From positions 390,001-422,000 of the forward strand of contig ACYB01000035.1 in the NCBI GenBank assembly GCA_000175855.1: 32,000 bases of DNA. Direction: 5' to 3'. The translations under genes were made by a program, and so were the position numbers. Source of the DNA: Raphidiopsis brookii D9. GTDB taxonomy: Bacteria > Cyanobacteriota > Cyanobacteriia > Cyanobacteriales > Nostocaceae. The first letter of the stretch is position 1, and every line of letters begins with the position of its first letter. This document shows, one piece after another, positions 1 through 10,151 of the stretch. Below the pieces are notes generated by a model. It searched no databases, was not told the DNA's origin, and saw only the letters and a program-made list of their open reading frames with translations.

Positions 1-840
1 ATTGGCATCACAACGCAAGTCTAAACGCGCAGCATCTCGACAACCAAGGAGATAATAAACCTCTAAGGCAAGTTGTTCTGCTTGTATAGCTAACGGTTCA
101 GGATTCGTTATTAATTGATAAGCTATTCTGTCTAGATACTCCTGTTTATTTAAAGTTGTATAGGAGTCTGTTTCTGCTTTATCTGTAAAAATTACTTCCA
201 TGATTCCGACTACTTTTGCCTGACTACCATTGCCAATAATACCGACTGTTATTTCTCTCCCAGGGAGGAAAGTTTCTACTAGTATAGGCTGTTGAAATTG
301 ATTGTATAATGTTTGACAAATGTTAAACAATTCTGCTTTATCTTTGACTAAAGATTGACCAGTTATACCTTTAGAACTCCCCTCAGATAAGGGTTTACAA
401 AAAAGTGGCAGAGGTAGGTTAATATTAGCAATTTCTACAATATTGTTAATAACAATAAAAGGGGCTGTTGGTAACCCGCGATCACGCACTATTCTTTTAG
501 TCAAGGCTTTATCTAAAGTTAAGGCACAAGTGAGAGGGTCAGAAAATGTATAAGCCTGATCAAATAACTCACAAACTGCCGGAACTTGAGCTTCACGCGA
601 TCGCCCTTTTATACCTTCAGCGATATTAAACACTAAATCCCAGCGATCGCCATTTACTAACTTGCGCGTCAATTCCCCACCATTACCAATACGTTCTACT
701 TGATGTCCCAAATCATTAAGGGTATTTTCTAGGCCGATGATGGTTTCTTCATCATCAAATTCCATGACTTCTGTAGTACTAAAACCTGCCTTAATATATT
801 CGGTTTTCAAGTCATAACATAGTCCAATTAATAATCCCAT
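1..840 (-). CDS. D-alanine--D-alanine ligase-like ATP-grasp enzyme (first 280 codons; 3' end runs off the window)
   Basis: Absent from the ORF track because the frame is open to position 1. My reverse-strand translation from the ATG at 840 gives MGLLIGLCYDLKTEYIKAGFSTTEVMEFDDEETIIGLENTLNDLGHQVERIGNGGELTRKLVNGDRWDLVFNIAEGIKGRSREAQVPAVCELFDQAYTFSDPL...LGCRDAARLDLRCD. The blocks EG.KGRSREAQVP..CE.....YT.S, LDK..TK and LGCR..ARLD.R are typical of Ddl-family ATP-grasp ligases. It lies 77 nt downstream of the KamA gene on the same strand. Confidence 0.75.
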   Translation of the reverse strand, partial: MGLLIGLCYDLKTEYIKAGFSTTEVMEFDDEETIIGLENTLNDLGHQVERIGNGGELTRKLVNGDRWDLVFNIAEGIKGRSREAQVPAVCELFDQAYTFSDPLTCALTLDKALTKRIVRDRGLPTAPFIVINNIVEIANINLPLPLFCKPLSEGSSKGITGQSLVKDKAELFNICQTLYNQFQQPILVETFLPGREITVGIIGNGSQAKVVGIMEVIFTDKAETDSYTTLNKQEYLDRIAYQLITNPEPLAIQAEQLALEVYYLLGCRDAARLDLRCDAN

Positions 841-917
841 TGCTGTTAACTAACTCCATCATTGTCTTTTATCGTAATCTTAGATATTTCCTTGATTCTT
901 ACGGTTTTTGGTTAAGT

Positions 918-2045
918 CTAGTCAACTGGATCTAGATAAGTAAAACTCCTATCCTGCCAGTTTTTCACAATTGCTTTGCCATTTTCATAACCAATTAATG
1001 TTTCTGGTTGAATTGGTACCTTGCCACCTCCACCAGGGGCATCAATGACATAAGTAGGTATAGCATAACCTGTAGTATGACTACGCAATTTAGAGATTAA
1101 ATCTAAACCACTTTGAATGCTGGTGCGTAAATGAGAAGTACCGACTACTGGGTCACACTGATAAAGATAATAAGGCCGTACACGCAATTTTAGCAGACCG
1201 TGAAATAAATTTTTCAGAGCCTGTTCCGAGTCATTTACACCTTTAAGGAGTACAGTTTGACAACCTAAAGGAATGCCACCATCAGCCAGTAAATCACAGG
1301 CTTGGGCTACTTCCAATGTTAATTCTCGCAGATGACAAAAATGCACGGATAACCACACACGGTGTTTACGCAATACCTTGACTAATTCCGGTGTGATCCT
1401 CTGTGGCAAGAAACAGGGGACACGAGAACCAATTCTCACAAATTCAATATGGGAAATCCCTCGTAACCTTCCTAGTAAACTATCTAATACCTGATTAGAC
1501 ATCAATAAAGGATCACCTCCAGAAATTAAAACATCACGTACTTCTGTATGATCTTCTAGATAATTAATCATTGCATCTAAACGATGTTTAATGGGGGTCA
1601 TTTCCCCTTGACTAACTAAACGCGAACGAGTGCAATAACGACAGTAGGCAGCGCAACTATCTAAAGCTAATAGTAATACTCTGTCAGGGTAACGATGTAC
1701 TATTCCCGGAACGGGCGATTGATTATCCTCTCCACATGGATCTATCATATCCCCAGAACTAACTATCAATTCTTCTTTCCTAGGTATTACTTGTAATCGC
1801 AGTGGACAATTAGCATCTTCAGGATCAAGCAGGGATGCAAAGTAGGGTGTGACAGCTACAGCAAACTTATCCACTGCCATTATAAAACCCTGTTCTTCTT
1901 CCGGAGTCAGGCATAGTAACTTCTGAAACTGTTCTAACTTAGTTAAGCGATGGCGCATTTGCCATTGCCAATCTTTCCAGCTTTCAGGTTCATAGGTTTC
2001 TCCAACTATGCGACAAATTTTTTCACTATGAATGGCAGTGGTCAT
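918..2045 (-). CDS. KamA-family radical SAM protein (lysine 2,3-aminomutase-like)
   Basis: 375-aa ORF. It has the radical-SAM cluster motif CAAYCRYCTRS (CxxxCxxC). The N-terminal WKDWQWQMRHRL block and the SGGDPLL and GGGGK blocks are characteristic of the KamA/EpmB family. Confidence 0.85.
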   Translation of the reverse strand: MTTAIHSEKICRIVGETYEPESWKDWQWQMRHRLTKLEQFQKLLCLTPEEEQGFIMAVDKFAVAVTPYFASLLDPEDANCPLRLQVIPRKEELIVSSGDMIDPCGEDNQSPVPGIVHRYPDRVLLLALDSCAAYCRYCTRSRLVSQGEMTPIKHRLDAMINYLEDHTEVRDVLISGGDPLLMSNQVLDSLLGRLRGISHIEFVRIGSRVPCFLPQRITPELVKVLRKHRVWLSVHFCHLRELTLEVAQACDLLADGGIPLGCQTVLLKGVNDSEQALKNLFHGLLKLRVRPYYLYQCDPVVGTSHLRTSIQSGLDLISKLRSHTTGYAIPTYVIDAPGGGGKVPIQPETLIGYENGKAIVKNWQDRSFTYLDPVD

Positions 2046-2240
2046 GCGTTTGATAACTGCGGTTTACGTAAGTGGATTTTGGCAATTTTTCTTACCTTTC
2101 TAGGGAAACCTAACAGGAATTTTCGTATTTGTCAAGGGGGTTGCACAAAAAAAACTTACCAATATTTTTCACAATTCTCTAATTGACCCCGATCCACCAA
2201 GTAATTTGCCTTTAAGGTTGGATTAAATAAATTAGGAATG

Positions 2241-2309
2241 CTAGGGAGATATGTTGTCATGAATAATAATTATTATACTTGTTTATAACCAAGATGTTAT
2301 ACTGATAAT
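2241..2309 (+). repeat. Left copy of an imperfect direct repeat bracketing the AIPR cassette
   Basis: CTAGGGAGAT (2241-2250), then ACTTG, then GTTATACTGATAAT (2296-2309). The same blocks recur in the same order and orientation at 4750-4800. Confidence 0.6.
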
Positions 2310-2331
2310 AGTAGTATGATAATAGTATAGA

Positions 2332-3996
2332 TTATAGAAATTTTAGTAAATCCCCGCGCCTAAAGGTTGCTGAAAGCTGCTGTAAAGAAACTGCGTTCCC
2401 ACCGTATAAACTATTCAAAGCATACTCAATATCCTGTATTGCTGTGGTAACTAATTCTTCTTCTTGCTCTTGAATTAAACGATGAACTCGGTCAAAATGG
2501 CGATGATTCAATTCATCTAACTTAATTTTCATTTTATTTAGTAATCCCTTTCCCATTTGCATTGCAATGAAGAAAGAAGCATAACGCACAAATTCAGGAT
2601 CGTTGGGATCTGGTTGTCGACAGCGATTTTCGGCAATTCGATATAACAAAACCGCAATCACTACCTGAGTACCATTCAAATCTGGAGCAAAAATATCATC
2701 ATATAGTTTGCCAAAATGCTCCCGAGCAAAAAATTTCGCCTGATGAGGTTTCTCTCGCCAAACCGCTAAAACTGCTCCTGCTGCTACTGTTGCAGTTATA
2801 TCGGTAGATTTAATCGTGGAATCAGAACGCTTACGACGATAAGAAAATCCCAACTGTTGAAGGTCAATTTCTAATTTTTGTTGCTGCTCATCATTAGCAC
2901 GTAAGTCCCTTAAATCTACTGGATTTTGGCTATTAGTAGCATAAGTAATTTTTTTTACTAAATCTTCATTTTCGCTAGGTAACTGATAAAGTCTTATCAA
3001 AACGTAGACATCAGGATTTCGACCAAAGAGACGGAGTTGGTCTGCTGTTAGAGTCCTAAAAATCGTCACACAAGTTTGACCACCATTAATAATTTGAAGA
3101 TTTTCTACCTTTACCTTATAATCTCTATCTTGAAGCGCGTTATAAGAGAACTTATCACAAATTAGGGTGACTCCATTATTATAAAAGTAGAAATTATTGT
3201 TATCTTCACTGTTAAGCGTATGAGCGATATCCGCATTAACCCGATTCCCTTGTAAGCCTAAATAACGGCGAATATTTCTGTCTAATAATCTTTCCCCATG
3301 TCTTTCCATCAAAGTTGCAATTTCGGTAACTGCTATTCTCCCCACTAATACTCTACTAAAATTCATGTCTTCTACCAAAGCTTTGCCATTCAGTTGCAGA
3401 TAGTCATCAACTGGTCTGGGTGCTTGTAGAATCTTAATTAACCGCTCAGGGTCAACATGTTCCCAGGTTACCTGTTTCCAATTTTTCCGATCAATAGCTT
3501 CTTGAGCAGATTGGTTCCATTTCAAGCCATTGTTACAAGCTAATGCCCGAATCTGAGGAATATAACCATCTCTAATCAAACCACGGACTTCTTCCACTTT
3601 TGCTAGTAACCGGGCATTAAGATACTCTATTTTAGCATTGGGATTGAATAAAACACTAATAGCATTAATTAAAGCTACTATTCCCGTTTCCGGAAAATTA
3701 GCATTACCCTCCAAACTATCTTTATATTTCCCTTGAAATAAGCTAACAGTGAATTCACCATCATGTTCCTCTGAAATATGGATGGCATCAACGCCAAAAT
3801 CTCCTCCTCCCTCTGTTAAACAATCAAAAGCTATTTCATGGTCTAAATCCAAAATCGTCTTGACACAAAGGTAAACAAAAGATAAAGATTTCAGCTTGAT
3901 CTGATCAGTAATACCCAATTCTTTCCTAGCTTGGTGGCAAATTGCATCAACCACCGAGACTAAACGCTGATCAATTATAGAAACCTCAATGTTCAT
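2332..3996 (-). CDS. AIPR-family abortive-infection / phage-resistance protein
   Basis: 554-aa ORF. Blocks seen: an N-terminal GGGDFGVDAIHISEE block, a central RRYLGLQGNRVNADIAHTL...FYFYNNGVTLICD block, and QIINGGQT. This is the block order I associate with the AIPR family (PF10592). Confidence 0.8.
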   Translation of the reverse strand: MNIEVSIIDQRLVSVVDAICHQARKELGITDQIKLKSLSFVYLCVKTILDLDHEIAFDCLTEGGGDFGVDAIHISEEHDGEFTVSLFQGKYKDSLEGNANFPETGIVALINAISVLFNPNAKIEYLNARLLAKVEEVRGLIRDGYIPQIRALACNNGLKWNQSAQEAIDRKNWKQVTWEHVDPERLIKILQAPRPVDDYLQLNGKALVEDMNFSRVLVGRIAVTEIATLMERHGERLLDRNIRRYLGLQGNRVNADIAHTLNSEDNNNFYFYNNGVTLICDKFSYNALQDRDYKVKVENLQIINGGQTCVTIFRTLTADQLRLFGRNPDVYVLIRLYQLPSENEDLVKKITYATNSQNPVDLRDLRANDEQQQKLEIDLQQLGFSYRRKRSDSTIKSTDITATVAAGAVLAVWREKPHQAKFFAREHFGKLYDDIFAPDLNGTQVVIAVLLYRIAENRCRQPDPNDPEFVRYASFFIAMQMGKGLLNKMKIKLDELNHRHFDRVHRLIQEQEEELVTTAIQDIEYALNSLYGGNAVSLQQLSATFRRGDLLKFL

Positions 3997-4143
3997 AAGT
4001 ATTTATATGAATTATTGTGTTAATCAATACCTGATCTAAAAAAGGCCTATAGGCAAGTTTTTTAACCTGAGTTAATTTTTCTAGCATCTTTTTATTTTAA
4101 CGGTGTGATCATGATTTCCTGCTTTCATAAATCAGCAATTATA

Positions 4144-4617
4144 TTAGTGATCTATTGTATATACAGCCCACATAAAACTAGCGGTTAATAAGGTCGCTAA
4201 ACCAACTAAAATACCTCTTAACAATTTAACTTGAGATCGGAGTTGTCTGACTTCATATTTAACTTCATACATTTGGTCTTCAGTCATGGGTAGCAAAGAC
4301 TTGTTTGTATTTGTTATTACTTCTACCCTAGAACTCGGTGTTGGCTTGGGTGACACAGGTTTAAACTCTATTTGACCATATAGCCAATCAGTAATTAATT
4401 GAGGGCAATTCTTCCTGAACCATTGCCAAGCAACGAGACGGAATGCGGGTTTAGACCTTTTAGAGATCCATTTTAAAGTTTTATTGAGAGTGCCATAGCG
4501 AAACTTTTGGTTAATTAAATTAGTAGCACCCACATCGTAAAGACAATTCAAGATTAACTTGACAGTTGACTCCTCTCTTTCAAACATGCTAGACAATAAT
4601 ATTAATACATCCTGCAT
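4144..4617 (-). CDS. Hypothetical tail-anchored membrane protein (157 aa)
   Basis: Intact ORF immediately upstream of AIPR on the same strand, with a 147-nt gap. It has a soluble ~85-aa N-terminal domain, a Pro/Ser linker, a short predicted coiled coil (MYEVKYEVRQLRSQVKLLRG) and one C-terminal hydrophobic helix (ILVGLATLLTASFMWAVYTI). I recognise no family. Confidence 0.5.
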   Translation of the reverse strand: MQDVLILLSSMFEREESTVKLILNCLYDVGATNLINQKFRYGTLNKTLKWISKRSKPAFRLVAWQWFRKNCPQLITDWLYGQIEFKPVSPKPTPSSRVEVITNTNKSLLPMTEDQMYEVKYEVRQLRSQVKLLRGILVGLATLLTASFMWAVYTIDH

Positions 4618-4749
4618 TTAGTTTTTTTTCTAATTGAGCTTCGGTAGATAACTTCCCGAACTGGTTGGATGTTGGCAATTCCTGAGACATAAGTTTGATA
4701 CACTCATCGTATTATGAACAAGTTCGATCTAGACGCATGTTAACCCATA

Positions 4750-4800
4750 CTAGGGAGATTTATAAATTTTTAGAGTTTTTAACTTGGTTATACTGATAAT
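4750..4800 (+). repeat. Right copy of the imperfect direct repeat bracketing the AIPR cassette
   Basis: CTAGGGAGAT (4750-4759), then ACTTG (4782-4786), then GTTATACTGATAAT (4787-4800). These blocks are collinear with 2241-2309. Confidence 0.6.
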
Positions 4801-4901
4801 GCAACTTGTTGTGCAAATTATAATAATGTAAAAAACACCTCCTGTTCAACCCTGTGAACATTTAATAATTGTAGTTTGGGGGCTAAATGGGACAAAAACC
4901 C

Positions 4902-5084
4902 TTAACCGTGTAGGTGAGTAGCACTACCTAAAATCAAGGGACAAATAGTTAACCAGAGTTCATCAACCAAATCAAATTCTAATAGACAAGCGATTAGTTT
5001 ACCACCACCCAACACAAATCTGCGATCGCATGGTGATTTTCTTGGTTTACAAGATCCTAAAATTAGTCGAAGCCCAGAACAGTT
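4902..5084 (-). pseudogene. Relic of a RibD C-terminal-domain / dihydrofolate-reductase-like gene
   Basis: A 60-codon open frame with no start codon, bounded by stops. It reads ...CDRRFVLGGGKLIACLLEFDLVDELWLTICPLILGSATHLHG*. The V.GGG.L...LL...LVDEL.L...P...G pattern is the core of the RibD_C family. Both ends of a normal ~220-aa protein are missing. Confidence 0.4.
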
Positions 5085-5558
5085 CTACAATAAGAAGCTA
5101 TATATCAATAAGTTGTGTCACAACGCGCAACGCCTTAAAATAGTGTTATATTGATAGTCTACCGTTTAGTTTCCCGTCTAATGTCTAATAGGGATGTAGA
5201 TGGCATAATAAATCATGACTTTTGGATTCTTTTATCTTCCTGGTTTTGACGGGAAATACGACTTATAAATTACGGTTGACACCAATTCGGAAACGTATTA
5301 GTTCTCATACATTATTTACAGGTAATGACAAGTTCAATCCATGAGCAAACCATTAACCCCATTTAGGTTCGGGAAACCGCCCTTCACGGACTGACTACAC
5401 AAGTTCAGTATATATATCAGCGTAATTTACGGTTTCAACTAAAAACTGGTTAAATGATGCTCAACTAACTGCTGATTGTCATCGGTTGGTTCAAGAGGTT
5501 AAACATACAGTCCTTTATAATCTCATTCATTTGTAGTTATACGGAAGCAGCAGCTAAA

Positions 5559-7457
5559 ATGGCAAAAGTAGTAGGAATTGATTTAGGCACAACTAACTCT
5601 TGCGTAGCAGTGATGGAAGGTGGAAAACCTACTGTGATTGCTAATGCTGAGGGGTTTAGAACCACTCCATCTGTGGTAGCATTCGCCAAAAATGGTGATA
5701 ACCTAGTGGGTCAAATCGCTAAGCGTCAAGCGGTGATGAATCCTGAAAATACTTTTTATTCAGTAAAACGCTTTATTGGTCGCCGTTTTGACGAAGTCAC
5801 TAATGAAGCTACAGAAGTTTCCTATAAAGTTCTTAGTAGTAGCGGTAATGTGAAATTACAATCTCCCGGTGCTGGTAAACAGTTTGCACCAGAGGAAATT
5901 TCTGCTAAAGTCCTGCGTAAATTGGTAGAAGATGCCAGTAAGTATCTTGGTGAAACCGTTACTCAAGCAGTTATTACCGTCCCTGCTTATTTTAACGATT
6001 CCCAACGCCAAGCTACCAAGGATGCTGGTAAAATTGCGGGCATTGAAGTACTGCGGATTATCAATGAACCCACAGCGGCTTCTTTGGCTTATGGCTTTGA
6101 CAAGAAGAGTAATGAAACTATTCTAGTATTTGACCTTGGTGGTGGTACTTTTGATGTATCTGTGCTAGAAGTGGGGGATGGTGTGTTTGAAGTGTTGGCC
6201 ACCTCTGGTGATACCCACTTGGGTGGAGATGACTTTGACAAGAAAATAGTTGACTTCTTGGCGGAGCAGTTCAAGCAAGTAGAGGGCATTGACTTGCGCA
6301 AGGATAAACAAGCTCTACAAAGACTGACTGAAGCAGCTGAGAAGGCTAAAATTGAACTTTCCAGCGTTACTCAGGCGGAAATTAACCTTCCTTTTATTAC
6401 CGCTACTCAGGATGGTCCAAAGCATTTAGATACTACCTTAACTCGGGCTAAATTTGAAGAGCTTTGCTCTGATTTAATCGACCGCTGTCGCATACCGGTG
6501 GAAAATGCGCTGCGCGATGCCAAACTAAATAAGAGCAATATTGATGAGGTGGTGCTGGTAGGTGGTTCTACCCGTATTCCTGCAGTTCAAGAGGTTGTAA
6601 AGCGAGTTCTAGGTAAGGATCCTAATCAAAGCGTTAACCCAGATGAAGTGGTAGCTGTAGGTGCTGCGATTCAAGCTGGTGTGCTTGCTGGTGATGTAAC
6701 GGGCATATTATTATTAGACGTGACTCCCCTGTCTTTGGGTGTGGAAACCCTGGGCGGAGTAATGACTAAGATCATTCCTCGTAACACCACTATTCCTACC
6801 AAGAAGTCTGAGGTATTCTCTACTGCGGTAGATGGTCAAACCAATGTGGAAATTCATGTTCTCCAAGGTGAACGGGAATTTGCTAATGATAATAAGAGTT
6901 TAGGAACTTTCCGGTTGGATGGCATTCCTCCTGCACCCCGTGGTGTTCCACAAATTGAAGTCACTTTTGATATTGACGCTAATGGTATCCTTAATGTTAC
7001 TGCTAAAGATAAGGGAACTGGTAAGGAACAGTCTATTAGCATCACTGGAGCTTCTACCTTAGATAAGTCTGATGTGGAACGCATGGTCAGAGAAGCAGAG
7101 CAAAACGCCTCCACGGATAAGGATCGTCGTGAAAAGATTGAGCGCAAAAACCAGGCTGATTCTTTAGCTTATCAAGCAGAGAAGCAACTGCAAGACCTAG
7201 GTGATAAAGTACCACAAGCGGATAAAACCAAAATTGACGGTTTAGTCAAAGACCTGCGGGAAGCTGTAGCTAAGGAAGATGATGAGCAAATTAAGAAGTT
7301 AACGCCGGAATTGCAACAAGCATTGTTTGCGGTAGGTAGCAATGTCTATCAGCAAGCGGGCGGTGCTACTCCTGGTGCTGAAGCTTCCAACGGTGAAACT
7401 ACTGGATCTTCCGGTGGTGATGATGTCATTGATGCTGACTTTACTGAAACTCGGTAA
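5559..7457 (+). CDS. dnaK: Molecular chaperone DnaK (Hsp70)
   Basis: 632 aa. Hsp70 signatures present: [17 protein letters not shown] and [12 protein letters not shown]. Confidence 0.97.
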   Translation: MAKVVGIDLGTTNSCVAVMEGGKPTVIANAEGFRTTPSVVAFAKNGDNLVGQIAKRQAVMNPENTFYSVKRFIGRRFDEVTNEATEVSYKVLSSSGNVKLQSPGAGKQFAPEEISAKVLRKLVEDASKYLGETVTQAVITVPAYFNDSQRQATKDAGKIAGIEVLRIINEPTAASLAYGFDKKSNETILVFDLGGGTFDVSVLEVGDGVFEVLATSGDTHLGGDDFDKKIVDFLAEQFKQVEGIDLRKDKQALQRLTEAAEKAKIELSSVTQAEINLPFITATQDGPKHLDTTLTRAKFEELCSDLIDRCRIPVENALRDAKLNKSNIDEVVLVGGSTRIPAVQEVVKRVLGKDPNQSVNPDEVVAVGAAIQAGVLAGDVTGILLLDVTPLSLGVETLGGVMTKIIPRNTTIPTKKSEVFSTAVDGQTNVEIHVLQGEREFANDNKSLGTFRLDGIPPAPRGVPQIEVTFDIDANGILNVTAKDKGTGKEQSISITGASTLDKSDVERMVREAEQNASTDKDRREKIERKNQADSLAYQAEKQLQDLGDKVPQADKTKIDGLVKDLREAVAKEDDEQIKKLTPELQQALFAVGSNVYQQAGGATPGAEASNGETTGSSGGDDVIDADFTETR

Positions 7458-7490
7458 GGCTTGCCGGGTCAAATATAGTATAATAGGGTA

Positions 7491-7513
7491 GCCAGGGAAT
7501 TCAATTCCCTGGC
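7491..7513 (+). terminator. Stem-loop downstream of dnaK (possible terminator)
   Basis: Perfect 11-bp arms GCCAGGGAATT / AATTCCCTGGC, 34 nt after the dnaK stop. No clear U-tract follows. Confidence 0.45.
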
Positions 7514-7646
7514 TCAAAGCTTGAAAGGAATTAATATTCCCAGTGTTTCTTGAATTTCCTACTATTTACAAAAGTTCATAATATTCTTAACCCTTTTTTG
7601 ATAAAATCCACTATAATAAGAGCAGTCCTCGGAGAGAGGATGTTAA

Positions 7647-8690
<1,044 letters not shown>

Positions 8691-8698
8691 GAATTTTA

Positions 8699-10105
8699 AT
8701 GAATTTTAATAATATGAATACAAATCTGATTTTCGATGTTGACTCCTATAAAGTGAGTCATTGGTTACAGTATCCCCCCAAAACTACAGCTCTTTATTCC
8801 TATATAGAAAGTCGTGGGGGTAAATATCCCGTTACCGTCTTTTTTGGGTTGCAATACCTGTTAAAACGCTATCTTTGCCAACAGGTTGAGTCCTGGATGG
8901 TAGATGAAGCAAAAGACCTTTTAACCGCCCATGGTTTACCCTTTAATGAAGCCGGTTGGCGATACATTGCGGAAGATTTGAATGGTCGTTTACCGGTGCG
9001 GATAAAAGCCGTGCCAGAAGGGTCTGTGATTCCCAATCACAATGTTTTAATGACCGTGGAATCCACTGATCCGAATGTTTTTTGGATTACTACTTGGTTA
9101 GAAACCCTATTGATGCGCGTCTGGTATCCCATTACGGTAGCCACCCAAAGTTGGCACTTGAAAAAGCGTATTTATGAGTTTCTCCAACGAACCAGCGATC
9201 ATCCTGATGCGGAAATCGGTTTTAAACTCCATGATTTTGGGGCGCGGGGGGTTTCAAGTCAGGAATCTGCAGGAATTGGGGGGTTAGCTCATTTAGTCAA
9301 TTTCTATGGTTCCGATACGGTTCAAGCGGTAGTTTACGGGCAAAAATATTATCATTGTCCGATGGCAGCCTATTCCATCCCGGCCGCAGAACACTCCACG
9401 ATCACAGCTTGGGGTAAGAAAGGGGAAATCCTTGCCTATCAAAATATGCTCAAGCAATTTGCTAAACCTGGCGCGGTTCTGGCGGTAGTATCTGATTCCT
9501 ATGATTTATGGAATGCCATTGATCACTTGTGGGGCGATCGCCTCCGTCAACAGGTCATTGATTCTGGTGCAACAGTGGTCATTCGGCCAGATTCAGGGGA
9601 ACCGGTCACCGTTGTGAGTCAGGCGTTGCAGAAATTAGCCGCGCATTTTGGTAGTATGGTTAATCAAAAAGGCTATCGGGTTCTGAATCATGTGCGTTTA
9701 ATCCAAGGAGATGGAGTCAATGCGGAGACCATTACAGCAATTTTAGAACAGGTTGAAAGCCTGGGATTTAGCGCCAGTAATATCGCTTTTGGCATGGGGG
9801 GAGCCTTATTACAAAAAGTTCATCGTGATACCCAAAAATTTGCCATGAAATGCAGTGAGATTACTGTTGCTGGTCAAGCAAGGGGCATTTATAAAGATCC
9901 CATCACCGACCCTGGCAAAACCAGTAAAAAAGGGCGATTAGCCCTAATTAAAAACGAAACAGGCTATCAAACAGTTTCCCAAGGGCCGAAAGTTGTAAAT
10001 TGCCTACAAACAGTCTATGAAAACGGTCAACTAGTCCGCGATCAATCCCTAGAGGATATTCGCCAACAGGCTAATTTATCCGCTTTATCAAAAAATCGGT
10101 TGTAA
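8699..10105 (+). CDS. nadV: Nicotinamide phosphoribosyltransferase (NadV/NAMPT)
   Basis: 468 aa. The FDVDSYKVSHW N-terminus and the HDFGARG and RPDSGEP blocks are typical of NAMPT. The start lies 8 nt after the nadM stop, which implies an operon. Confidence 0.85.
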   Translation: MNFNNMNTNLIFDVDSYKVSHWLQYPPKTTALYSYIESRGGKYPVTVFFGLQYLLKRYLCQQVESWMVDEAKDLLTAHGLPFNEAGWRYIAEDLNGRLPVRIKAVPEGSVIPNHNVLMTVESTDPNVFWITTWLETLLMRVWYPITVATQSWHLKKRIYEFLQRTSDHPDAEIGFKLHDFGARGVSSQESAGIGGLAHLVNFYGSDTVQAVVYGQKYYHCPMAAYSIPAAEHSTITAWGKKGEILAYQNMLKQFAKPGAVLAVVSDSYDLWNAIDHLWGDRLRQQVIDSGATVVIRPDSGEPVTVVSQALQKLAAHFGSMVNQKGYRVLNHVRLIQGDGVNAETITAILEQVESLGFSASNIAFGMGGALLQKVHRDTQKFAMKCSEITVAGQARGIYKDPITDPGKTSKKGRLALIKNETGYQTVSQGPKVVNCLQTVYENGQLVRDQSLEDIRQQANLSALSKNRL

Positions 10106-10151
10106 AACCCGTCCTTTCTTTAGGGTTGGGAGTGTCAACAGCAAGGGATGA

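Noticed and set aside
4621-4690. A 33-codon upstream ORF (ATG at 4690) separated from the 157-aa ORF by a T8 homopolymer (4622-4629), considered as a possible frameshifted or phase-variable longer gene
   Set aside because: I tested +1 and -1 changes in the homopolymer. Both produce an immediate stop (…GAA AAA AAC TAA, or …TAT TAA) rather than a fusion, so a slippage-controlled fusion is not supported.
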